IMG/VR virus record: IMGVR_UViG_3300004241_000321
Span: 1-39,354 of that record
DNA: 39,354 nt
DNA from: a virus
Lineage: Duplodnaviria > Caudoviricetes
Reading direction: 5' to 3' (one strand)
Part shown: piece after piece, positions 27,569-35,521 of the stretch
How the letters are laid out: each line of letters starts with the position of its first letter
Position numbering within the stretch: the stretch's first letter is position 1
Program-made: the position numbers and the translations under genes
Notes under the pieces: model-generated
What the model was told of the DNA's origin: nothing
Databases searched by the model: none
What the model saw: the letters and a program-made list of their open reading frames with translations, nothing else

Positions 27569-27614
27569 AAGTTGACATTTCCTCTTGACAATACTTGACA
27601 AATCTGTCTATAAT
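27562..27614 (+). promoter_or_regulatory. Rightward early promoter with four TTGACA repeats
   Basis: TTGACA (27585-27590)-N18-TATAAT (27609-27614); further TTGACA at 27562, 27572, 27595. Confidence 0.75.
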
Positions 27615-27623
27615 TCTCTATCC

Positions 27624-27646
27624 GTTTACGTTTGCATAACGTAAAC
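27624..27646. promoter_or_regulatory. Palindrome GTTTACGTT-N5-AACGTAAAC, copy B
   Basis: Between plus-strand TATAAT (27609-27614) and minus-strand TATAAT (27655-27650). Confidence 0.7.
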
Positions 27647-27691
27647 AAGATTATAGCGCATCACGTGCAACACTTGAAAGGTTTGACAAAT

Positions 27692-27943
27692 ATGCCATTT
27701 AACCAAGAATTATCTTTTTATCAAAACGTCAAACTCGGACTACTCGTTTCGGGTAAAAGTTTTAAAACAGCTGCCACAGATTTAGAGGCAAAAGAATCCT
27801 CTATTAAACAACGCCTGCACGACCGTCTAGTGCGTGACGGCAAAAGCACCCCACTTGATAAAAAGATTTATGAGTATCTAAAAATCAACTGTGATGGCTT
27901 TGAAATCTACTGCGAGAACAACGATATCAAAATAGTTTCATAG
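27692..27943 (+). CDS. Putative Cro/Apl-like HTH protein
   Basis: First gene divergent from cI; GKSFKTAATDLEAKESSIKQRL helix pair. Confidence 0.5.
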   Translation: MPFNQELSFYQNVKLGLLVSGKSFKTAATDLEAKESSIKQRLHDRLVRDGKSTPLDKKIYEYLKINCDGFEIYCENNDIKIVS

Positions 27944-28449
27944 GATCGCACAGTGGTGTGATCTGATGAGCCTATGCTCAAAACGGGGCGAGTTGCCCTG
28001 AGACCTGACAGTGAAAAGTAACCGTTGATCGGTGGTGCTGGTTTGGGATGAGTTTCCTATGAACGGAGACTGAGCGGCGAAGCAGCCGTGTAATTTTCCC
28101 GAGGGAAAATTTGAAGAGTTAGAGTGCCTAATGAAGCCCATCGAGACAAGGCGGTGGGCTTCACAACCACTCGAAGCAGTCGTGCCAATGAACAATCCAT
28201 CATACGATCTCCTAAATCGAAACGGCATTACCGAACGACTGCTTCACTCACTCCCCACCCCATAGTCGAACAAACCATAAAGATGGGATTTTATTGCAAG
28301 GTGGGGGAAGAGCTTTTTATAGGTTTATTGTGTCGTTAATTCGAAGAGGATGGATATCGTGAAGTAGTAGATATCAACTGCAATAAACCCATAAAGAGCT
28401 TACTGAGTATCTCTATGAGGGCAAGGCTATTGCCCTGATTAAATACTCA
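27944..28449 (+). ncRNA. About 500-nt highly structured non-coding region
   Basis: About ten consecutive stems with plus-strand G-U pairs; no convincing ORF. Confidence 0.5.
28095..28108. repeat. Palindrome variant TTTCCCGAGGGAAA, copy 3
   Basis: 13/14 match; flanks extend the dyad (AATTTTCCC-GA-GGGAAAATT). Confidence 0.85.
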
Positions 28450-28471
28450 ACCCCAACAAAAAGGAAAACCA

Positions 28472-28792
28472 ATGCCCGGAGATCAAGAAGTCGTCGCTTC
28501 CGAAATAGAAGCGTTTATCAATGCCTTACAGGTTGTAGGAAATGGAGATATTGCGAATAATGCTGCATCCTGCCTACGTGATTGTGTCAAAGCAACCATG
28601 ATACAGGATAAAAAATCAAGCATCACTATAAAACTCGAAATCTCAAAATCAGCTGACGATCAGATCGTAATGGTCGGAGATGTTAGCAATGTGCTCCCAC
28701 GCGTAAAAATCAAAACAGGTTTTTTCGTCAATCAGCAAACGTATATGCCGTCGAGAAATCGACCAAATCAACAAATACTTCCGGGAGTTTAA
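28472..28792 (+). CDS. Phage protein typically preceding DUF2303 (YfdP-like)
   Basis: AAGGA RBS; KKSSITIKLEI...FFVNQ...SRNRPNQ pattern and synteny. Confidence 0.6.
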   Translation: MPGDQEVVASEIEAFINALQVVGNGDIANNAASCLRDCVKATMIQDKKSSITIKLEISKSADDQIVMVGDVSNVLPRVKIKTGFFVNQQTYMPSRNRPNQQILPGV

Positions 28793-28794
28793 AA

Positions 28795-29574
28795 ATGAAA
28801 GAGTTCTTCAATAATCTAATGAATGCGTTCAAACCGCCAATGCAACCTTTGGAAAATGGCGCAGTCATCATTCACAACGATTATAAAATCGATATGTCCA
28901 AACAGCCAATCCACTTTAAACCCGCTTTGGCACGTCATGTTGTTTCTCAAAAGATCATCAACAAAGATGATTACATCACATTCGTCACCGAGTACAAAAC
29001 AGACGCTACAAAGCTTTTCTATAACGAGGGGGAAGTTCGCGCGGTATTTAACTACATCACCGATAAAAACCCTGACTATTGCGACAGCGTAGCAACTATG
29101 CCGTTGGTACTAACCGATGATTATAAATATTACCGTCAATATAACGGCAATCAAATCATCCAAAAAGATTTCATCCGCTTCCTAAAACGCATGGAGCCGT
29201 ACATCGTCGCACTAGATAACAAAGAAGCGGATGACATGGACATCATCGATATGGCAGAAAACTTGCAGGGTATCACTCAGATCGATAGTATCCAACGCAA
29301 CGCCTCTAACAAATTCACCATCGATGCCACCGTCCGCACCGGAAAGTCCAATGTAGAGATCCCACGGATCATCACGTTTGAGTTTCCAATCTATGCCAAT
29401 GATCGAGAGTTAACCACCCGATTTGAGACAGAGCTCTTTTTAAACGCTCAAGACGGCACATTCATCGCAGAGCTGATCTGTTACAACATCGACCAACTCG
29501 AAGAAGAAACACGCCGACAACTAACACAGAGTATCTGTGACGGTATTACGGGTGTTAAATCGTATCAAGTTTAA
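28795..29574 (+). CDS. DUF2303 (YfdQ-like) family protein
   Basis: 259 aa; AVFNY, QKDFIRFL, IPRIITFEFPIY motifs. Confidence 0.65.
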   Translation: MKEFFNNLMNAFKPPMQPLENGAVIIHNDYKIDMSKQPIHFKPALARHVVSQKIINKDDYITFVTEYKTDATKLFYNEGEVRAVFNYITDKNPDYCDSVATMPLVLTDDYKYYRQYNGNQIIQKDFIRFLKRMEPYIVALDNKEADDMDIIDMAENLQGITQIDSIQRNASNKFTIDATVRTGKSNVEIPRIITFEFPIYANDRELTTRFETELFLNAQDGTFIAELICYNIDQLEEETRRQLTQSICDGITGVKSYQV

Positions 29575-29577
29575 TAT

Positions 29578-29740
29578 GCTTCCCATCTTGGGAGCTTTTT
29601 ATGAAGTGGTGTAGAGTAGAGAAAATTGGCCTTAACTCGCCATACGGAAGGCCATTACCGTATGGTACACCACTTCCAAAAGAGCTTTCTACGAGGCACA
29701 GGTTCCCTTTGCGGTTCGCTGAGTCGCTTAGAGAGCTTCC
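29578..29740 (+). ncRNA. Structured RNA element (terminator-like hairpin, long stem, pseudoknot)
   Basis: About 21-bp outer stem 29592-29613/29666-29687, inner CCAUACGG/CCGUAUGG, UGGCCUU/AAGGCCA. Confidence 0.5.
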
Positions 29741-29744
29741 GAAA

Positions 29745-29758
29745 TTTCCCACGGGAAA
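29745..29758. repeat. Palindrome variant TTTCCCACGGGAAA, copy 4
   Basis: 13/14 match; start of a roughly 42-bp direct repeat. Confidence 0.85.
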
Positions 29759-29780
29759 ATCTAACCAAAAAGGCAAGGTA

Positions 29781-30359
29781 ATGGAAAAAATAAAAATTGA
29801 CGATCCGCGTTTAACCCCTGATTTAAAAAGAACCCGATCAGGGAGCACCCAACAATTTTATACAGATAATTGGCATAACATTTTATTTGAGCTTAAGCAT
29901 GATCGTCAAGAAATGTATGCTGATCTAATAGATGGAGAATGGTATTGGGTAAATGGGTGTTCGAAGTGTAATGGATCAGGGGAAAAATATTCCTACGTAG
30001 TTTGTGACAATCATAACATATGCGTTGAATGTGGGACTCATAGACGTGATTTAACAGATATTCCGTGGGGACATTCTGATGGGTTTCTTTGTAAGCCGTG
30101 TGCAGATAAAAGAGATATACAACTACGAAAAGAGGCTTTTAATAAAGTCAGTGAATATGAGTATGACAAGGATGATTATCTGTATAAATCAACTGTAGTA
30201 TGCCCTCACTGTGGGTCTGATAATGGAACAGAATGGGTCGATTATCAAGAAACAACCTCAGAGCAAGAGTGCGGAGTGTGTAATGGAAAATATAAGTTAG
30301 AGATTGAATTTGTCCCTAATTTTTCAACGGAAGTTATAGGCGAACGGCTTACATCCTAA
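29781..30359 (+). CDS. Cys-rich multi-zinc-finger hypothetical protein
   Basis: Start MEKIKIDD after AAGG; five CxxC motifs plus CxxH. Confidence 0.75.
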   Translation: MEKIKIDDPRLTPDLKRTRSGSTQQFYTDNWHNILFELKHDRQEMYADLIDGEWYWVNGCSKCNGSGEKYSYVVCDNHNICVECGTHRRDLTDIPWGHSDGFLCKPCADKRDIQLRKEAFNKVSEYEYDKDDYLYKSTVVCPHCGSDNGTEWVDYQETTSEQECGVCNGKYKLEIEFVPNFSTEVIGERLTS

Positions 30360-30361
30360 AA

Positions 30362-30375
30362 TTTCCCGCGGGAAA
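30362..30375. repeat. 14-bp palindrome TTTCCCGCGGGAAA, copy 5
   Basis: Perfect copy; second unit of the direct repeat. Confidence 0.9.
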
Positions 30376-30398
30376 ATCCAACCAAAAAAGGCAAAGTA

Positions 30399-30695
30399 AT
30401 GAAACAGTTAAAAGCGATAGAGATTTTGAAAAAACAAAAAAACCAATTGGAGCTACTCCAATCAGGGGATTGGAATGAATTTGAAGATGATATTAGGGAG
30501 TTCAATCAAGCAATATCCGAACTCGAAGAACTACAAGTACCTAAACAATGTAAAAACTGCTACCACTCAACAATAGTTGACCAGTGGTATAGCCAATGCT
30601 CATGTCTTTATTTAATTGATGAAGATGGAGAACCAACAAGTATTGTTCCAAATGAATTTCATTGCGATTTACATACACTAAAGGTTACTCCATGA
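30399..30695 (+). CDS. Hypothetical protein with C-terminal Cys cluster
   Basis: CKNC...C...FHC; ATGA overlap with parA. Confidence 0.7.
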   Translation: MKQLKAIEILKKQKNQLELLQSGDWNEFEDDIREFNQAISELEELQVPKQCKNCYHSTIVDQWYSQCSCLYLIDEDGEPTSIVPNEFHCDLHTLKVTP

Positions 30696-31303
30696 TACTC
30701 ACCCTAGCACACTTCAAAGGCGGTGTCGGAAAATCAACTGCCGCGTGGCATCTCGCTCACGCATTTAAACAAATCGGCAAAGTAGAGCTTGTGGATTTTG
30801 ATTTTAACCAAACGTTACACTATATAAATATGATAGCGGGGGACCCTTTCACCGTCCACCAACCGCGTAACATTTCAGAGCTATATGAGCTTATCAGCCG
30901 CACAACACACGATGTGACACTCATTATGGATATCGGCGGGTTCGATAGCGATCTGAACCGCGCGGCGATACGTCACAGCGATCACGTAGTGATACCGATC
31001 ACCCCCGACCGTGTCACCGAAGTGTTAGGGTTCCGTACATTCGATGCGATCCTATCCGAACTCGATACTGTCGATACGAAGTTTCACGTACTGTTTAATA
31101 ACCTACACGCTTCGACCCGTAACCTTGATAAATTCAAAGAGAACGTAAGAGGCTCACGGTTCACCATCTTGAAAAGTGCTATCCGCTCCCGCAAAATCTA
31201 TTACAGCACTATGGGAGACGGTGAGAGCGTTTTTAGCAGTATAGGGAACGTGACTGCACAAAAAGAGATAGAGGGGCTTAGAGATGAAATTATCGGCTCT
31301 TAA
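30692..31303 (+). CDS. parA: ParA family ATPase (short)
   Basis: MILTLAHFKGGVGKST, VDFDFNQ, IMDIGG, SDHVVIP. Confidence 0.9.
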   Translation: MILTLAHFKGGVGKSTAAWHLAHAFKQIGKVELVDFDFNQTLHYINMIAGDPFTVHQPRNISELYELISRTTHDVTLIMDIGGFDSDLNRAAIRHSDHVVIPITPDRVTEVLGFRTFDAILSELDTVDTKFHVLFNNLHASTRNLDKFKENVRGSRFTILKSAIRSRKIYYSTMGDGESVFSSIGNVTAQKEIEGLRDEIIGS

Positions 31304-32087
31304 TGATGCAGTAGAACAAACCGCACCGAGAACGTCAGGAATCAGCTCTCTTATGGAATTGGAACTATCACAAATCTATGCCAACCCTGACCAACCCCGC
31401 AAACATTTTGACCCCGTGTCACTCGCTGAACTCGCGGAGTCTATCAAAACCAAAGGGCTACTGCAACCGATCAGCGTGGTGCGAAGACCTGATGGATATA
31501 TGATCATCGCCGGAGAGCGACGATACCGAGCGCATCAGATCAATGGATCGATCACGATCAAGACAAACGTTTTCGACCGAGGAGATCACACCGTCGAGGA
31601 GTTGGCTCTTATCGAAAATATCCAACGTGAAGACCTGAGCGACTATGAGATAGCTATGGCGATAGTACGGCTGTGGGAATCAGGAAAGTATAAACAGAAG
31701 CAAGATTTAGCGGGAGCAATACAAAAGCCTCTTTCGTATGTTTCCAAAGCGTTAGGATTACTCAAACTCGACCCGACGATCAAAGCAGACATCGAAGAGA
31801 ACAAACGCGATATCGGGCTGTCCGTTCTCGAAGAACTCAGCCGAGTAAAAGAGCCCGAAAAACAGCGTGAAATCTATCAGCGATACAACGCAGGAGAGAT
31901 CAAGCGCGATGAGTTCAAAACAGCAGCAGAACCAAAGGCGAAGAAAATTTCCCGCGGGAAAATGAAACACGTTTCGACTATTTTCGCAAAGGGTGGAGAT
32001 TCGGTTGAGTCTATCAACTTTGACAAGATCATTTCCACATTAGACCCTGAGAAGCAGTACAGAATCACCATAGAGGAGATCGTATGA
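31284..32087 (+). CDS. parB: ParB/RepB/Spo0J family protein
   Basis: NPDQPRKHFD, GLLQPI, IAGERRYRA, LIENIQREDL, HTH. Confidence 0.92.
   Translation: MKLSALNDAVEQTAPRTSGISSLMELELSQIYANPDQPRKHFDPVSLAELAESIKTKGLLQPISVVRRPDGYMIIAGERRYRAHQINGSITIKTNVFDRGDHTVEELALIENIQREDLSDYEIAMAIVRLWESGKYKQKQDLAGAIQKPLSYVSKALGLLKLDPTIKADIEENKRDIGLSVLEELSRVKEPEKQREIYQRYNAGEIKRDEFKTAAEPKAKKISRGKMKHVSTIFAKGGDSVESINFDKIISTLDPEKQYRITIEEIV
31948..31961. repeat. 14-bp palindrome TTTCCCGCGGGAAA, copy 6 (inside parB)
   Basis: Perfect copy encoding ISRGK in the ParB linker. Confidence 0.9.
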
Positions 32088-32239
32088 AATACAAATGCAT
32101 CAGCATCGGTGAAGCCGTGCGAATCCTCGAAGAAATTGAAAAGGAGCGTCAATGTTTATTACTTGGAAAGTCATTGAAACCAATTTTGAGAAACTCCTCG
32201 ATTGGTGCGAAAAATACGATCTATTATAAGGCGGCATAA
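32084..32239 (+). CDS. Small hypothetical protein (51 aa, MKYKCISIG...)
   Basis: GAGGAG RBS, ATGA overlap with parB. Confidence 0.6.
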   Translation: MKYKCISIGEAVRILEEIEKERQCLLLGKSLKPILRNSSIGAKNTIYYKAA

Positions 32240-32240
32240 A

Positions 32241-32369
32241 ATGGAAGATCAAATCATAGGGATTGTTTGCGCGATGCTTCTATTCGGGATCATCGGAATT
32301 GCAACTTATAAAAAACGTAGATGGGGTGAAAACTCCCATGATGCCAAATACTCCAAAGGCCGAAGATGA
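32241..32369 (+). CDS. Small single-TM protein (42 aa, MEDQIIGIVCAMLLFGIIGIATYKKRR...)
   Basis: Manual translation; ATGA overlap with next gene. Confidence 0.6.
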   Translation: MEDQIIGIVCAMLLFGIIGIATYKKRRWGENSHDAKYSKGRR

Positions 32370-32566
32370 AGAAAAAACCTGAACCGAAAATAGTCGCTCG
32401 ATACGGTAGCGATTATGAGATCACACAAGGAATCACGAACGGCATTCATTACGGATTTCACAATGATGAGTTCATCGGACATAACGAACAACTCAGCTAT
32501 GTTATCAGCTTGATATCCATTCGAGAGGGTCAGAATTTTGATATTAACAAGGTGGAGATACTATGA
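32366..32566 (+). CDS. Hypothetical protein
   Basis: Coupled overlaps on both sides. Confidence 0.6.
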   Translation: MKKKPEPKIVARYGSDYEITQGITNGIHYGFHNDEFIGHNEQLSYVISLISIREGQNFDINKVEIL

Positions 32567-33060
32567 AAAAGATCAATTATGCACTCGGATGGGTTTTTGT
32601 TCGTCCGCGTCGTTGGTTTTTCCGAAATATGCTTTTGGGAAGTTGGCAGATTAGATGGTGGTTTGAAAAAGAGTGGTATGGGTGGAACTACCCAAATATT
32701 CATTGGTGGATCCTATACCACACCGTATTTCGCTTTTTTGAATGGTTACATTGGACAGCATGGACGTATTTTTGTACCTATGAAAAAGGATGGTTGCGTA
32801 AAAAACCATTAATTGCAAAGATCATTCATCGTATCGGCAAAACAACAACTGGTGCTGTATGCCACGGGGGTGAATGTTACCACTGCGGTTCAGAGGATGG
32901 ATGCCCAGTTGATTTATCTCACGATGAAACTGGTACCACTTTTATTCTTGAAAAAACGTGGGAAGTTGGGACTCAGGACGGTACAGACTACCGATTTTTA
33001 GGGACTACTATCTGCCCAAAGTGTGGGTATAAACAAGATTATGAGGATGGATCATTATGA
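32563..33060 (+). CDS. Trp-rich protein with C-terminal zinc ribbon
   Basis: Many Trp in N-half; CYHC...CPKC. Confidence 0.7.
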   Translation: MKKINYALGWVFVRPRRWFFRNMLLGSWQIRWWFEKEWYGWNYPNIHWWILYHTVFRFFEWLHWTAWTYFCTYEKGWLRKKPLIAKIIHRIGKTTTGAVCHGGECYHCGSEDGCPVDLSHDETGTTFILEKTWEVGTQDGTDYRFLGTTICPKCGYKQDYEDGSL

Positions 33061-33536
33061 ATAATTTTTTGGAACTAGTAGCAAAAGAGCGAACCCGTCA
33101 GATCGTCGAAAAGGGATACACCGCTGAACACGATGATGAACACACGGACGGATCGATAGCGGATGCAGGGGCGTGTTATGCAGCAACTGTATTTATTTTT
33201 AGAGAAGACATAAATGAACAATCTAAGATTTATCCATTATGGCCTTGGTATCCTTATCATTCTACGAAACAAACCCACGACCGCAAACAGCAACTCATCA
33301 TCGCGGCCGCCTTTATCAATGCGGAATATGATCGGATCGTGAGAGCAGAGCAAAAAGACAGCCGATGCCGTGGGTGCAATTATCTTGCATCAAAAGACGG
33401 TAATACATGGTGCGCCCTCACTGGTATGCCGATGGATGAAGATGATACGCGGTGTGAGCAGTATTGCCTACCGCCGTTTGAAACTTCGGAAGATAACCCG
33501 CTTTTTAAATCGTTTATGAGGAGTTCGCGTGAGTAA
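33057..33536 (+). CDS. Phage hypothetical protein with C-terminal Cys cluster
   Basis: ERTRQIVEKGYTAEHDDEH...WPW...AAAFINAEYDR motif familiar from phage early regions. Confidence 0.7.
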   Translation: MNNFLELVAKERTRQIVEKGYTAEHDDEHTDGSIADAGACYAATVFIFREDINEQSKIYPLWPWYPYHSTKQTHDRKQQLIIAAAFINAEYDRIVRAEQKDSRCRGCNYLASKDGNTWCALTGMPMDEDDTRCEQYCLPPFETSEDNPLFKSFMRSSRE

Positions 33537-35424
33537 ACTACAACTCAGCATGTCCGATATGCTAAACCATTTCGATTCTGATTTCGGACTCATCATCGAT
33601 CTATTCGCCGGAGGGGGTGGAGCATCTGAGGGGATACGTGCCGCGCTTGGTCGTGATCCGGACGTGGCGGTAAACCACGACCCCGAAGCGATATCTATGC
33701 ACACCGTGAATCACCACGATACTATGCACTTTACCGCCGATGTGTTCGAGGTTGATCCTATGACAATATGGCCTGAATATCCGGTCGGGTTGCTTTGGGC
33801 TTCCCCTGCATGTACCCACTTCTCAAAAGCACGCGGGTCTAAGCCGGTATGTAAACAGCTCAGATCACTCGCGTGGATCGTGGTCAAATGGGCGAGACTC
33901 CGAAAACCTGCACAGATATATTTGGAGAACGTCGAAGAGTTCACCGATTGGGGTCCCGTACTCGATGACGGTCAACCCTGCCCTATCCGCAAAGGCGAAA
34001 CATTCACCCGCTTCGTCTCCGAACTTCAAAAGCTCGGTTACGATGTAGAGCGGCGTGAGGTAAAGGCGCACGAATACGGAGCACCGACGATCCGAAAACG
34101 TCTCTTTATGGTGGCACGATGCGACGGTAAAGAAATCGTATGGCCTGAACCGACGCACGGTGATCCGAAAAGCCCAGAAGTGAAAAGCGGAAAACGAAAA
34201 CCGTTTCTTACTACGGGCGATAACGTGATCGATTGGTCGATACCTGGTAATTCAATTTTTATGAATACCGAAGAGATCAAAGCGAAAAAGCTTCGTATCA
34301 AACGACCGTTAAAAGATACCTCGTTACGACGTATCGGCAAAGGGTTGAATAAATTCGTATTTAAAAACCCCGATCCATACACCGTCGATCAATCGTGGAT
34401 TGTGAAATATTACAAAGGTGTAGTTGGAAGCTCTATCAAAGACCCACTTCCGACCGTAACAACTGCGGATCATAACGCTCTATCGACTGCTAAACTCGCT
34501 CCATTCGTCAGCACCTATTTCGGTGAACGCAACGGAGAAGCTGACGGCAGAGGTGCTACACTGGATAAACCGTTATCGACGATTACGAGCGGGGGGATGA
34601 GACATTCGTTAATCTCCCCGGTATTGATCGGCATCGACAACGGAAGCTCCAAAAGTGCATCTTGGTCACCCGAAGCACCGTTGACGACTATCGTTACTGA
34701 GAACCGTCACGCATTGGTTGAAAATCATTTGGTGCAATTGCCGCACGTTGTCCGGGACTTCAAAAGCTCTATCGGAAGCAATATGAACGACCCCATCGGA
34801 ACAATCACGACTCAGGGCAACGGCAAAGCCGCGCTATGTGTTTCGCACGCTGTCAAATTCAGAGGAACCAATTACGGCTACCCGATGAGCGATCCGGTTC
34901 ATACCATCACCGCAGCAGGGACACACCAGGGATTAGTCACGAGCTATCTCAACTCTTTCTATGGCAATGCTGAGGATATCGGCTCATCAATGGACGATCC
35001 ATTACGAACGGTCACAACAAAAGACCGATTCGCGAAAGTGGATATCGTACTCGATTCCGTCACGGGTGCGCTGTGGGATAGTGAAACGATGGAGCGGATC
35101 ATCGCCGTTCGTGAGTTCATCCAAACCTATTGCGGTGATGACCTGAGCGATGATGAGCGTATGGGTATCGTAACGATCAAAGGGCTACGATATCAAATCG
35201 TAGACATCAGCCTCCGTATGCTCAAACCGCGTGAGCTTTACAACGCGCAGGGCTTCCGTCCGGACTACATCATTGACCGAACCGTAGATCATAAACCGAT
35301 CACCGGCACAGCTCAGGTGCGAATGGTAGGAAACAGCGTTTGCCCTCCCGCTGCGGAAGCGATCATTCGAGCGAATCAGAACGCACCGTTCAAAACGGTA
35401 CCTATATTTGAGGAAGCGGCCTAA
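33529..35424 (+). CDS. C5-cytosine DNA methyltransferase with repeated variable region
   Basis: IDLFAGGGG, SPACTHFS, LENVEEF, RKRLF, RELYNAQGF, VGNSV. Confidence 0.9.
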   Translation: MSKLQLSMSDMLNHFDSDFGLIIDLFAGGGGASEGIRAALGRDPDVAVNHDPEAISMHTVNHHDTMHFTADVFEVDPMTIWPEYPVGLLWASPACTHFSKARGSKPVCKQLRSLAWIVVKWARLRKPAQIYLENVEEFTDWGPVLDDGQPCPIRKGETFTRFVSELQKLGYDVERREVKAHEYGAPTIRKRLFMVARCDGKEIVWPEPTHGDPKSPEVKSGKRKPFLTTGDNVIDWSIPGNSIFMNTEEIKAKKLRIKRPLKDTSLRRIGKGLNKFVFKNPDPYTVDQSWIVKYYKGVVGSSIKDPLPTVTTADHNALSTAKLAPFVSTYFGERNGEADGRGATLDKPLSTITSGGMRHSLISPVLIGIDNGSSKSASWSPEAPLTTIVTENRHALVENHLVQLPHVVRDFKSSIGSNMNDPIGTITTQGNGKAALCVSHAVKFRGTNYGYPMSDPVHTITAAGTHQGLVTSYLNSFYGNAEDIGSSMDDPLRTVTTKDRFAKVDIVLDSVTGALWDSETMERIIAVREFIQTYCGDDLSDDERMGIVTIKGLRYQIVDISLRMLKPRELYNAQGFRPDYIIDRTVDHKPITGTAQVRMVGNSVCPPAAEAIIRANQNAPFKTVPIFEEAA

Positions 35425-35521
35425 GCCCTCCTCGACAACTTCAACCCTGCCCCACACTAAACCCGTCCAACCATTCCGCACGCCGACGGGTTCACTGTGA
35501 GACAATCAAAAAGGAAAATAC

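Noticed and set aside
26022-27648. Invertible segment carrying cI bounded by inverted 27-bp repeats
   Set aside because: Central spacers differ (TGCAT versus ACACA in inverted alignment), which disfavours recombination; an operator is more parsimonious.
27940-27990. Hammerhead ribozyme at CTGATGAG (27963)
   Set aside because: Following core reads CAAAAC rather than CGAAAC and no NUH cleavage triplet precedes stem I.
27938-28339. ORFs 27938-28228 (minus) and 28124-28339 (plus), and a possible tRNA
   Set aside because: No RBS, atypical composition, region explained by RNA stems; no cloverleaf with a T-loop found.
29601-29780. N-terminal extension of the 29601-30359 ORF
   Set aside because: Runs through the structured element; the RBS-bearing module points to ATG 29781.
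11381-31961. Palindromic repeats as a CRISPR array
   Set aside because: Copies are dispersed over 20 kb with no regular spacers and no cas genes.
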